Below, piece after piece: positions 19,879 through 28,605 of a stretch of DNA of 64,000 nucleotides. The DNA is from Bacteroidales bacterium. GTDB lineage: Bacteria; Bacteroidota; Bacteroidia; Bacteroidales; UBA7960. The stretch is taken from contig PWJZ01000067.1 in the NCBI GenBank assembly GCA_003559855.1, forward strand, positions 36-64,035. The letters are read 5' to 3'. Numbering within the stretch: position 1 is the stretch's first letter; each line of letters opens with the position of its first letter. Made by a program: the position numbers and the translations under genes. Below the pieces are notes generated by a model, which was given only the letters and a program-made list of their open reading frames with translations, did no database searches and was not told where the DNA came from.

Positions 19879-21313
19879 AAGCCCCGAGCATTTCATAAAC
19901 GGTGGGTACCTGCCTGGACAGCCTTTCCTGTATTTCGGCGGATATAACATTTGGGCTGAACGGTATACGTTTTACATATTCCCGGATTTCGCCTGCAGTG
20001 CGGCCATACTTATATTCATAAGTAAATGAGCCGTCTGCCCTGAGTTCAACGTGCTCATTCAGCACATTGGGCACGGCAATGTAAAAACTGCTCTCTTTAT
20101 AATGGTTGTCAGCCAACAGGCTTTGCCCTCTCAACAGCTCATACAACTGCCGGGCTACCTTTACCGAAGGGTTTATCAACCTGATTTCATCAGCCATATA
20201 CGGACGGTAAATATACTCCCCGTATTCACTATAATTCCACAAGCTCTTAAAAACCTCAACAATGGCATCTTTAACATACGGATAATGAGTGCACCCCAAA
20301 ACAACATGTTTCAGAGGTTGTGAACTGTCGGTGTTTCTGATCTTCTCCATCAATGATACCAGATGAAACGCCACATAATTTTCAACCGAATTGATCTGAA
20401 TATTGTATGGCTTTTCAGGAGTGCCTTCATAAAGCAATGCAGCATTTTCAATGTCAAAACCGTAGCGTTGCCAGATGGATATATCAATATGCGGAGCGTT
20501 CTCATTATTATCCGACGGGCCCATGTATACCTCTCTTGGTGCGGTAATTGTTCTGTCAATAAAATCCTTGTTTTCATCAATAGCTTCTGCTATACCTATG
20601 CCAGCCTGCTGAAAAATGTATATATCGTTGTGGTGTCCTTGCTTCCTGAACTTTTCACCGATAGCGGCAACATAAGCGCCGGATCTGACGGTGCCGTCGG
20701 TGGCAAGTACGGCAATGCTGCCACCCTCTTCAGCAGAATAAATGCCGGCTAAACCCGTTGCAGCAGCATCAATAACACCAATGACCGGAATATCAATATC
20801 CGCTCTGCCAAGAAAGCTCTCTATACGCCCAAGACCAAAAGCGGTAGCCGTATTACATGCAATAACAATAGCCTTTACCGGACTTTTGTCTTTATTGTAT
20901 GCAACAGCATTAGCGCCCGTATAATATTTCCTGCCAAGCAAAAACTGCACATTTTTGATAATATGCTCACGGAGCAATTCAATATTTCCCTCCAATGCAT
21001 AACTTCCGTAAGGCATGTTTGCCATATCTGCCAGATATATGAACTTTTCGGTTTTAAAAACCTCTAAACTCTCATTGTCAGAACACTTGTATTCAACAAT
21101 ATCATTCAGTACGGCTAACCCGCCCGTGCCGGAATCAAAAATACCAACCGGCAATGAAGCACGATCCGCCGGATAATCAGCAAAGTCTATGTAAAAATAA
21201 CTGGTGGGATCATTTAACATGGAATCCTCTATCGTTTCAACCCTCCGGCATGAAGTTACCATTAAAACGGGAATAATCAGGCCGGCAATAATTTTTTTAT
21301 TTATGAATCTCAT
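19871..21313 (-). CDS. Glutamate racemase-like (Asp/Glu racemase superfamily) protein with lipoprotein signal peptide
   Basis: MurI motifs are all present: GIFDSGTGGLAV, MPYG, VIACNTATA (first catalytic Cys) and LGCTHYPY (second catalytic Cys). The N-terminus MRFINKKIIAGLIIPVLMVTSC is an n-region, h-region and lipobox. Start is set at the ATG at 21313; the track start is 21352. Confidence 0.7.
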   Translation of the reverse strand: MRFINKKIIAGLIIPVLMVTSCRRVETIEDSMLNDPTSYFYIDFADYPADRASLPVGIFDSGTGGLAVLNDIVEYKCSDNESLEVFKTEKFIYLADMANMPYGSYALEGNIELLREHIIKNVQFLLGRKYYTGANAVAYNKDKSPVKAIVIACNTATAFGLGRIESFLGRADIDIPVIGVIDAAATGLAGIYSAEEGGSIAVLATDGTVRSGAYVAAIGEKFRKQGHHNDIYIFQQAGIGIAEAIDENKDFIDRTITAPREVYMGPSDNNENAPHIDISIWQRYGFDIENAALLYEGTPEKPYNIQINSVENYVAFHLVSLMEKIRNTDSSQPLKHVVLGCTHYPYVKDAIVEVFKSLWNYSEYGEYIYRPYMADEIRLINPSVKVARQLYELLRGQSLLADNHYKESSFYIAVPNVLNEHVELRADGSFTYEYKYGRTAGEIREYVKRIPFSPNVISAEIQERLSRQVPTVYEMLGAFI

Positions 21314-21850
21314 TATGAAAATTTTAATAATATTAATTGAATATATTTTCATCTTAAAAAAATGTATTTAAAGTTCTGATATCTGACAATATATATTTGT
21401 TAAAATCAGCATTATCACTTTTTATGTTATTATAGCGGGTGGCGAGTAACGGGATAATAAAAAGTCGTTAATTCACTACCCTCTGCCCGTATCTGTTATA
21501 TCATGTAAAAATAAATATTTCACCTTTATTATTGATTTTTTTATCATTTTTTTTAACCCAAATTTGTCATTAGCCGTTTGTTTCTAATGACCGCCAGTAG
21601 ATAAAATTATTGCCTATGCATTGTTTGCAAGGACATTAGAATGACAAATCGATTAAGAAAAACTAAAAATTTGCAATTAAAAATGCTTACAAATTAAGTT
21701 TTTCTAAATCGGGGTTAAACCCGGCTAAGTCATTAGTTAGCTGCACTCCTAATGACCAATCTGGGTTTAAGAATATTCATCATATACTGTTTATCGGTAT
21801 TAATTTATTTTTTCTTAAATTTGTTTTTACAATTTTTAAAATTTCCTTTT

Positions 21851-23734
21851 ATGAAAAGACCAGTCCTGTTTTTCTGTTTCTTCTTATTTCTGATTCCTAT
21901 CCTTAAAGCTGAGCGATTTCAGCCTGATGACTTTGTTGAGATGGAAGCTTTTCTGGATGGTATTGTCAGAACTTTAATTGACGAAAAGCACATTGCCGGC
22001 GCAACGATGTCGGTAGTATATGATGGTGATATAGTTATCAGCAAGGGATATGGTTATGCCGATCTTGACGGCAAAATTGAAGTGGATCCTGAGAAAACCC
22101 TGTTTCGCATTGCATCCATATCCAAGATGTTTACGTGGTTTTCGGTTTTGCAACTTGTTGAGCAGGGCAAGCTTGATCTTGACGCCGACATTAACGAATA
22201 CCTGACGGAATTCAAGATTCCCGGCACTTTTGATGAGCCTGTTACTTTGCGTAGTTTGATGGCTCATGCGGCGGGATTTGAGGAGAGGCTGCTTCACCTG
22301 TTTGTAAAGGATAAAGATGATATGATTCCTTTGGGTGAGCTTTTACCTTTGCAGCTTCCCGAAAGAGTACGCCCGCCGATGAGGCACTCATCGTACAGCA
22401 ACCACAGCACCGGTTTGGCTCAACATATTGTGGAGCTGACAAGCGGTATGGCTTTTGAAGATTATGCCGAAAAACATATTCTGTACCCGCTGGAGATGAA
22501 AAACACCACTTTCCGTCAACCTATACCTGTCGGGTTGAGTGAAAATATGTCGGGAGGTTATCTGTTTAACGGCAGTGAGTTTAAAAGAATGTATTTTGAA
22601 TATGTTCCTATGAGTGGTGTGGGCGGAGCATCGTCATCGGCCGTCGACATAGCCCGTTTTATGAAAATGCTCATGAATAAGGCGTGCCATAAGGATGTGT
22701 GCCTGTTAGACTCAGCTACCTACGAGCTGATGAAGCAACCCGCATTGATACATGCAGAAGGTGTCAATCCTGCCAGGCACGGTATTATGGATATGAGCTT
22801 TAATAACATTGAAATTTTAGGCCATGGCGGTGCAACGTTCTGGTTTCACTCGGTTATGGCAATATTGCCCGAACATGATCTTGGCTTCTTTTTGTCATTC
22901 AACAGTGCCGGTGGTTCGGGCACAACCAGAAATGTGATGAACAAGCTGGTTGAACGGTACTATACAGACCCGAAGCCTTTGCATAACACCATAAGCCTCG
23001 ATGACGAATATCTTGAACGCTTTGAAGGTAAGTATATGACCAACCGCCGGTCACATTCCTCATTCTTCAAATTGCGCGCCATAGAAAACCCTACCCTGAT
23101 CACTAAAGAAAAACAAAAGCTGCGTATGGATGAACCCCGAAAAGCAGCAGCATGGTACCTGCCCGTCGATTCAACAACATTTAGGGAAAAGAACAGCAAC
23201 AAGATGATAGCTTTTGAATTGAATGACGGCAAAGCAGAATACCTGTTTAAAGACCATTTCTGCTTCCGGGCTTTCGAAAGAATTAAAGGTGCATACAACC
23301 CGGATATGCACAAGGTTATATTCAGAGCATCATTAACCGCAGTAGTATATGTTCTGTTAATTTTACCATTATGGTATCTTGTAAGAAGATATTATTTGCC
23401 GGCAAGGAAAATTTCAAAACCTATACCGCTTAATGCAAAATTGATGGCATGGTTGTGCTCAGCATGCCTTGCAGTAGCATATATCCTGATCAGCTCGGCA
23501 CTTGATACCGGAAGAGAACTGATACTTGATGTTCCGGCAGGTTTGAAAGCAGGTCTGTTGATCCCGTTTGCAGTAATGTTTTTCCTGATCTTGATGATAT
23601 GGAGAAGCATAGAAATGTGGAAAAACAAAGAAACCGCATTGCGAAACAACCTTTTCTATTCATTGGTAGTCATTATATATATTGCTGCATTGTGGCAATT
23701 GCACTTCTGGAATTTTATGGGATGGAGGTTTTGA
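21851..23734 (+). CDS. Serine hydrolase (beta-lactamase / PBP4-like family) with C-terminal membrane domain
   Basis: SxxK motif in RIASISKMFT, then YSN, then HGG. Signal peptide after the ATG at 21851 (MKRPVLFFCFFLFLIPILKA). Four hydrophobic helices in the last about 130 aa. Confidence 0.8.
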   Translation: MKRPVLFFCFFLFLIPILKAERFQPDDFVEMEAFLDGIVRTLIDEKHIAGATMSVVYDGDIVISKGYGYADLDGKIEVDPEKTLFRIASISKMFTWFSVLQLVEQGKLDLDADINEYLTEFKIPGTFDEPVTLRSLMAHAAGFEERLLHLFVKDKDDMIPLGELLPLQLPERVRPPMRHSSYSNHSTGLAQHIVELTSGMAFEDYAEKHILYPLEMKNTTFRQPIPVGLSENMSGGYLFNGSEFKRMYFEYVPMSGVGGASSSAVDIARFMKMLMNKACHKDVCLLDSATYELMKQPALIHAEGVNPARHGIMDMSFNNIEILGHGGATFWFHSVMAILPEHDLGFFLSFNSAGGSGTTRNVMNKLVERYYTDPKPLHNTISLDDEYLERFEGKYMTNRRSHSSFFKLRAIENPTLITKEKQKLRMDEPRKAAAWYLPVDSTTFREKNSNKMIAFELNDGKAEYLFKDHFCFRAFERIKGAYNPDMHKVIFRASLTAVVYVLLILPLWYLVRRYYLPARKISKPIPLNAKLMAWLCSACLAVAYILISSALDTGRELILDVPAGLKAGLLIPFAVMFFLILMIWRSIEMWKNKETALRNNLFYSLVVIIYIAALWQLHFWNFMGWRF

Positions 23735-23760
23735 GGATCGCTTTATGATTAAATAAAGAC

Positions 23761-23850
23761 AGGGGTGTGGGAAGATGACAGCGAGAGAAAAGAAGAGTGT
23801 GAGAAGATGAGAAAAGGAGATGGGGAGAGGGTGAGAGGTTGAGGAGAAAC
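23761..23850 (+). repeat. Purine-rich (GA) low-complexity tract
   Basis: About 90 nt composed almost entirely of G and A (aggggtgtgggaagatgacagcgagagaaaagaagagtgtgagaagatgagaaaaggagatggggagagggtgagaggttgaggagaaac). It holds one copy of gagaagatgagaa; the other is at 24017-24029. Confidence 0.7.
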
Positions 23851-24239
23851 GTACTGTGTGGCCTTTGTCGTTTTTGCGTGAGATTCATTTACTGAAAAGC
23901 TCTTATATGGCCAGGCTGCTAAAATACGGTGTGTTGCAATTAGTTATATAGGAGATCACAAAGGGTTCTGATAAAATAGCAAGGTTTCTCTTGTCAGCTA
24001 TTGAAAGCATAAAGATGAGAAGATGAGAAGTGGGAGACCAGCAGACTACATTTTCCCTGGATTAAAAAACGCTTGAGGGATAAGTTGATAAGTAAAGCTG
24101 GCAATCAGCCTTTGCAGATTGCAGATTGAGAATCGAGCCACGTGGTAAATCATTCGGTTTTTTACTTGATATTTTCGTATACTGCTAACCGGAATGAAAA
24201 ACATTATTATGTTTATTAATTTATTTATATACTTTTTTA

Positions 24240-24247
24240 TATATTTG
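24240..24247 (+). promoter_or_regulatory. Candidate -7 box TATATTTG for the DsrC-type operon
   Basis: Matches TAnnTTTG, 22 nt upstream of the ATG at 24269, at the end of a 530-nt intergenic region. Confidence 0.45.
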
Positions 24248-24268
24248 CCGGGTTAAATAATTTTAAAT

Positions 24269-24505
24269 ATGCCCTCAGATTGTACAAATTACAGTACATG
24301 TCCACTCACCAATAACCCCGGCTTTATTTCCGAACCCGGGGAAAAAGATCATTATACAGGAAAATATTGCCGGGCAGGCTATAAAAACTGGAGCAGGTGT
24401 AAAAGATATATGATCAAATTAAAGTACCATTTCTGCCCTGATTTTGTTATGCCTGATACGCCTGAGTCTGCCGATGAAATTCTGGATAAATTTGAAGAAA
24501 CATAA
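24269..24505 (+). CDS. Small cysteine-rich protein (78 aa), family not recognised
   Basis: Five Cys (C5, C11, C34, C44, C56) and an acidic C-terminus. It is the first gene of a closely spaced same-strand gene set and sits directly behind a candidate promoter. Confidence 0.45.
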   Translation: MPSDCTNYSTCPLTNNPGFISEPGEKDHYTGKYCRAGYKNWSRCKRYMIKLKYHFCPDFVMPDTPESADEILDKFEET

Positions 24506-24548
24506 TAAAATAAGAGGAATAAATTGTTAATGGTTTAACTTTATTAAT

Positions 24549-24866
24549 ATGCCGACAATAGAGATTGAAGAAAAAGTATTTGAAGTAGATGGTAATGGTT
24601 TTTTGACCCATCCTGAGATATGGGATGAGGAAGTTGCCAGGCTGATTGCAAAATATGACGGAATAAATGAATTAACGGATCAGCATTGGGCGGTTATAAA
24701 TATTATCAGGAAGAATTATGAAGAAAAGGGTATGGCACCTATGATAAGGCAGATATGCAAATCTGCGGGGCTTAAACTTCGTCAGATATATGAACTTTTT
24801 CCTCTTGGTCCAGCCCGGGGAGCTTGCCGGGTTGCAGGATTACCGAAACCTGACGGTTGCGTTTAA
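24549..24866 (+). CDS. TusE/DsrC/DsvC family sulfur-relay protein, two-cysteine (DsrC-type) C-terminal arm
   Basis: 105 aa. The C-terminus ...LFPLGPARGACRVAGLPKPDGCV carries a penultimate Cys plus a second Cys 11 residues upstream (C-x10-C). This is the DsrC hallmark, in contrast to single-Cys TusE. Confidence 0.85.
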   Translation: MPTIEIEEKVFEVDGNGFLTHPEIWDEEVARLIAKYDGINELTDQHWAVINIIRKNYEEKGMAPMIRQICKSAGLKLRQIYELFPLGPARGACRVAGLPKPDGCV

Positions 24867-24882
24867 TTAAAAACTTTAAGTT

Positions 24883-25509
24883 ATGGCATGGTATTATTGG
24901 CTTGCATCAGCCTCACTGGTAATATGTATATCCGGCTGTATATATCATTTTGCAAGGCTTATCATGCTGGGTAAGCCCAGGGATCATTCTACAAGGTCCG
25001 GCAGCCCTGCCGGAGGAATAGTCTATTCCTTCACCCGGGCAATGAACCCTGCCGGCAAAGAATCAGCTTATCTTAACCTTCCAACCTATGCCATGGGAGT
25101 TATATATCACATAGGCACATTTATCGCAATAATCCTGTTTTTCGTTTTCTTTTTGTCTGAAAACATAAATGAGATGATGACAGTGCCGTTTGCAATATTT
25201 TTGTTTTTGTCATCACTATGCGGAATCATAATTTTAATGAAACGTATTTTTGATAAAAAGTTAAGAAAACTCTCAAACCCCGACGATTATATTTCAAATA
25301 TGCTTGTTACCGGTTTTCAGGCAGCTAGCGGGATAGTGTTGTTGACACCTTCCACATATCCGGTATATATGGTGATTACGAGTTTGTTACTGCTTTATTT
25401 GCCCCTTGGTAAATTGAAACATGTGATCTATTTTTTTGCTGCCCGGTATCATATCGGTTATTTTTATGGGTGGCGCAATGTATGGTATGTAACAAAACAG
25501 AAACAATAG
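24883..25509 (+). CDS. Five-helix membrane protein, NarI/DsrM/HdrE-like candidate quinol-interacting subunit
   Basis: 208 aa with about 5 TM helices. His residues lie in or next to helices (YHFARL, YHIGTF, KHVIYF, RYHIGYF). The gene sits 16 nt after the dsrC-type gene and 3 nt before the CCG Fe-S gene. Assignment rests on topology and context, not strong motifs. Confidence 0.5.
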   Translation: MAWYYWLASASLVICISGCIYHFARLIMLGKPRDHSTRSGSPAGGIVYSFTRAMNPAGKESAYLNLPTYAMGVIYHIGTFIAIILFFVFFLSENINEMMTVPFAIFLFLSSLCGIIILMKRIFDKKLRKLSNPDDYISNMLVTGFQAASGIVLLTPSTYPVYMVITSLLLLYLPLGKLKHVIYFFAARYHIGYFYGWRNVWYVTKQKQ

Positions 25510-25512
25510 CAG

Positions 25513-26814
25513 ATGGAAAAAATCAATGACATCAAAATAAAAACAGCTTTGGAGGTTTTAAACTCGCATGATGACAGCAAGCTGATATCTCATCTTAACA
25601 GCTGCGTTCATTGCGGGTTATGTGCCAAAACCTGTTTGTACTATCTTACTATCGGAGATGAGCGATTTATACCCGCGAGAAAAGTCGAACTTGTTTCATC
25701 AATATACCGCAGGTATTTTACTGTTATGGGGAAAGTTTTGCCTGCGCTGGTCAGTGCACGAAAGCTTGATGACAAGATGATTGAAGAGATGGTTGATCTG
25801 CTATATGGAGGTTGTGTCATGTGCGGGCGTTGTGTCAGGCACTGCTCAATTGGGGTTGACATTGAGTATGTGGTAAGGAAAGGTCGTGAAATGCTGGCTA
25901 AGATGGGTTATGTACCCGAATCTCTCCAGTCAACGGTAAAAGCTGCTCTAGAAACAGGTAATAACATGGGTATTTCATATGAAGATTTTGTTGATACAAT
26001 AGAATGGATGGAAGAAGAGTTGCAGGAAGAATGTAATGATCCTGAAGCCCGTATTCCTCTTAACGAGCCGGGGAAGAATGTGTTGTATACTTTGAATCCG
26101 CGTGAGCCGAAGTTCTTTCCGCTTTCCATATCAGCTATGGCGAAAGTGTTTTACCTTGCCAAAGAAAGCTGGACGTTGTCAACAAACATGTATGATGTTA
26201 CCAATTATGCTTATTTTTCGAGCCATCCAGGCGAAGCCAAAGCCATAGCACAACGTATGTATGATGAAATGCAAAATATGAAATCCGGCAGGCTTGTGCT
26301 GGCAGAATGTGGTCACGGAGTAAGATCCAACAGGTGGGAAGCGCCAAATTATATCGAAAAGGGTTTTTTTTTCGAAGCATTAACATCCGTAGAGCTGATA
26401 GCTGAATATATAAGGAAAGGACGTATCAGACCCGACAGGGAAAGGATGAAAGATGCCGTAACACTGCATGATCCATGCAATCTTGCAAGGGGTTCGGGTA
26501 TTGTGGAAGAGCAGAGGTACATTCTTAAGAATTGTGTAAGTAATTTTGTTGAGATGACACCGCACGGTACCGACAACTTTTGCTGTGGCGGTGGCGGCGG
26601 TCAGCTGGCCATGAGCGAATATAACGACAGGAGGCTGAAAATTGCCGAACTGAAAGTGAGGCAAATACGCAAAACGGGAGCGGCTATCGTAGTTACACCA
26701 TGCCACAACTGTATTGACCAGTTGACTCAGATAAATGTTACTTATAACCTTAACATACAGATAAAGACCCTTGCAGAGATTGTTGCCGACTCTTTGCCGG
26801 TTTTAAAAGAATAA
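25513..26814 (+). CDS. DsrK/HdrD-like (Fe-S)-binding protein with CCG domain
   Basis: Two ferredoxin-type motifs, CVHCGLCAKTC and CVMCGRCVRHC. C-terminal CCG pattern HDPC ... FCCGGGGG ... TPCHNC (C-Xn-CC-Xn-C-x2-C), as in heterodisulfide reductase catalytic subunits. Confidence 0.8.
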   Translation: MEKINDIKIKTALEVLNSHDDSKLISHLNSCVHCGLCAKTCLYYLTIGDERFIPARKVELVSSIYRRYFTVMGKVLPALVSARKLDDKMIEEMVDLLYGGCVMCGRCVRHCSIGVDIEYVVRKGREMLAKMGYVPESLQSTVKAALETGNNMGISYEDFVDTIEWMEEELQEECNDPEARIPLNEPGKNVLYTLNPREPKFFPLSISAMAKVFYLAKESWTLSTNMYDVTNYAYFSSHPGEAKAIAQRMYDEMQNMKSGRLVLAECGHGVRSNRWEAPNYIEKGFFFEALTSVELIAEYIRKGRIRPDRERMKDAVTLHDPCNLARGSGIVEEQRYILKNCVSNFVEMTPHGTDNFCCGGGGGQLAMSEYNDRRLKIAELKVRQIRKTGAAIVVTPCHNCIDQLTQINVTYNLNIQIKTLAEIVADSLPVLKE

Positions 26815-26837
26815 TTTTTCAATAAACTCTTTCAGTT

Positions 26838-28001
26838 ATGCAAAATATGATATACCTTGACAATGCGGCTACCGCCTTTCCGAAGCCCGACGAAGTTTAT
26901 ACGTTTATCGATGAGTTTTACCGCAGCAATGGCGTGAGCCCCGGCAGGTCAGGCTTTGATGCGTCATTGGAGGCTGAAGAGCTGGTAGCTGAAACGCGCA
27001 GAATTCTCATGAACCTGTTTAACGGCGACGGCGACCCCGACAGGCTCACATTCAGCTATAATGCCAGTGACTCTCTGAATATGATAATACAAGGTATTGC
27101 CAAAGAAGGAGATCATGTCATTACAAGTATGATTGAACACAATTCCGTTTTGAGACCGCTGCACCATCTCGCACTGAATGGTATCATCGAAGTAACACAT
27201 GTGCCGTTTGACCAGCATGGCTATATTGACCCCGATGATATCAGAAAAGCATTAAGGCCCAACACCAAAATGGTTGTGTTAAATCATTGTTCAAACATCA
27301 TAGGTACAATACAGCCTGTAGGTGAGGTGGGTAAGATCTGCCGGGAGGCGGATGTGTTATTGGTGGTTGACGGGGCACAGGGCGCCGGAGCGGTAAAGGT
27401 TGACATGCAGGCTATGGGTATTGATGTTTATGTGTTTACCGGGCATAAGTCGCTGATGGGCCCTACCGGCATCGGCGGTTCCTACGTTATGAAAGATGTT
27501 CCCGTAAAATATACGCGATTCGGAGGTACAGGAGTGCGCTCGGCACAACTTACGCATCTTGAAGAATTTCCCTACAGGCTTGAATGCGGAACCCTCAATA
27601 TGATCGGTGTGGCCGGATTAAACGCAGGAGTAAAGTGGATAAACAAAACCGGAATGGAAAAATTGCATAATCAAGAACTGGCCTTATGGGACAGGCTGAG
27701 AAAAGGATTGCAAAAAATTGACAGGGTCATAACATACTGCGCCGAAAACACTGAAAACCAAAACCCCGTGCTGAGCTTCAATATAGATGGAATACCTGCA
27801 GGCGACGTCGGTATGATGCTTGATGTTGATTATAACATCGCTTGCCGGACAGGATTGCAATGTGCACCTAAAGTGCATGAAAAAATAGGAACAATAGATA
27901 TAAAAGGAACCGTAAGATTCGGTATCGGACCATTCAATACCAAAGAACATATTGATGCCGCTGTTAAAGCCGTTGAAGAAATTGCGGAAATGAAAATTTG
28001 A
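26838..28001 (+). CDS. Class V aminotransferase-fold PLP enzyme, SufS/CsdA-type cysteine desulfurase-like
   Basis: 387 aa. YLDNAATAFP start, PLP-lysine context FTGHKSLMGPTGIGG and active-site loop ACRTGLQCAP (R-x-G-x-x-C-A). Confidence 0.8.
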   Translation: MQNMIYLDNAATAFPKPDEVYTFIDEFYRSNGVSPGRSGFDASLEAEELVAETRRILMNLFNGDGDPDRLTFSYNASDSLNMIIQGIAKEGDHVITSMIEHNSVLRPLHHLALNGIIEVTHVPFDQHGYIDPDDIRKALRPNTKMVVLNHCSNIIGTIQPVGEVGKICREADVLLVVDGAQGAGAVKVDMQAMGIDVYVFTGHKSLMGPTGIGGSYVMKDVPVKYTRFGGTGVRSAQLTHLEEFPYRLECGTLNMIGVAGLNAGVKWINKTGMEKLHNQELALWDRLRKGLQKIDRVITYCAENTENQNPVLSFNIDGIPAGDVGMMLDVDYNIACRTGLQCAPKVHEKIGTIDIKGTVRFGIGPFNTKEHIDAAVKAVEEIAEMKI

Positions 28002-28163
28002 AAATGCTGTTCTTCGAAAATAAAATTAACCGGTTCCGATCAGAAAACAGACATTAAGATTGATCTGTCTTGTATCTGCTGTTAATTACGTCCGGTTTTT
28101 TGTTAGGATCAGACCCTGCCTGTTTAATAAAAATGTGTAAAATTTTAAACGTTATTTTTATTT

Positions 28164-28197
28164 CCTGCTGCTGCCAAGCAGATGGCAGGATTTTTTT
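28164..28197 (+). terminator. Intrinsic terminator candidate
   Basis: cctgctgctgccaagcagatggcagg forms an outer stem CCTGC/GCAGG and an inner stem CTGC/GCAG. It is followed by a run of 7 T, about 160 nt after the desulfurase stop. Confidence 0.5.
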
Positions 28198-28605
28198 ACA
28201 GTGGCAATATGCATGTAATTGAAATGGCAATGTTTTTTAAAGCGACGGTCATCGCTTTTACTCCACAGGGTTATTCGCAACTTTAAGCGATATATCATCT
28301 GAATGAAATATGTTAAACGTCTGGTTTGTAATAATATATGTCTTGTAAACCAACGTTAATAAATCCGGCCCTGCGGAAACCCTTTTACATATTTTTAAAA
28401 ACTTAAAAACATTTTATTGTATTGAAATTTTTTCAGTCGTTTTAAAAAAAGTCTTATATTCGTTTAACAAATTATATATATGGCAATAACCATAAAATAA
28501 CAAAAAAAAATGTGATGTTAAGGTATGTTTTATCATAAGTATAGCTAATGAAGCCGAGACAATTAATAAGAATTAAATCTATTTGTTAACAAAAATCAGA
28601 AAGTT

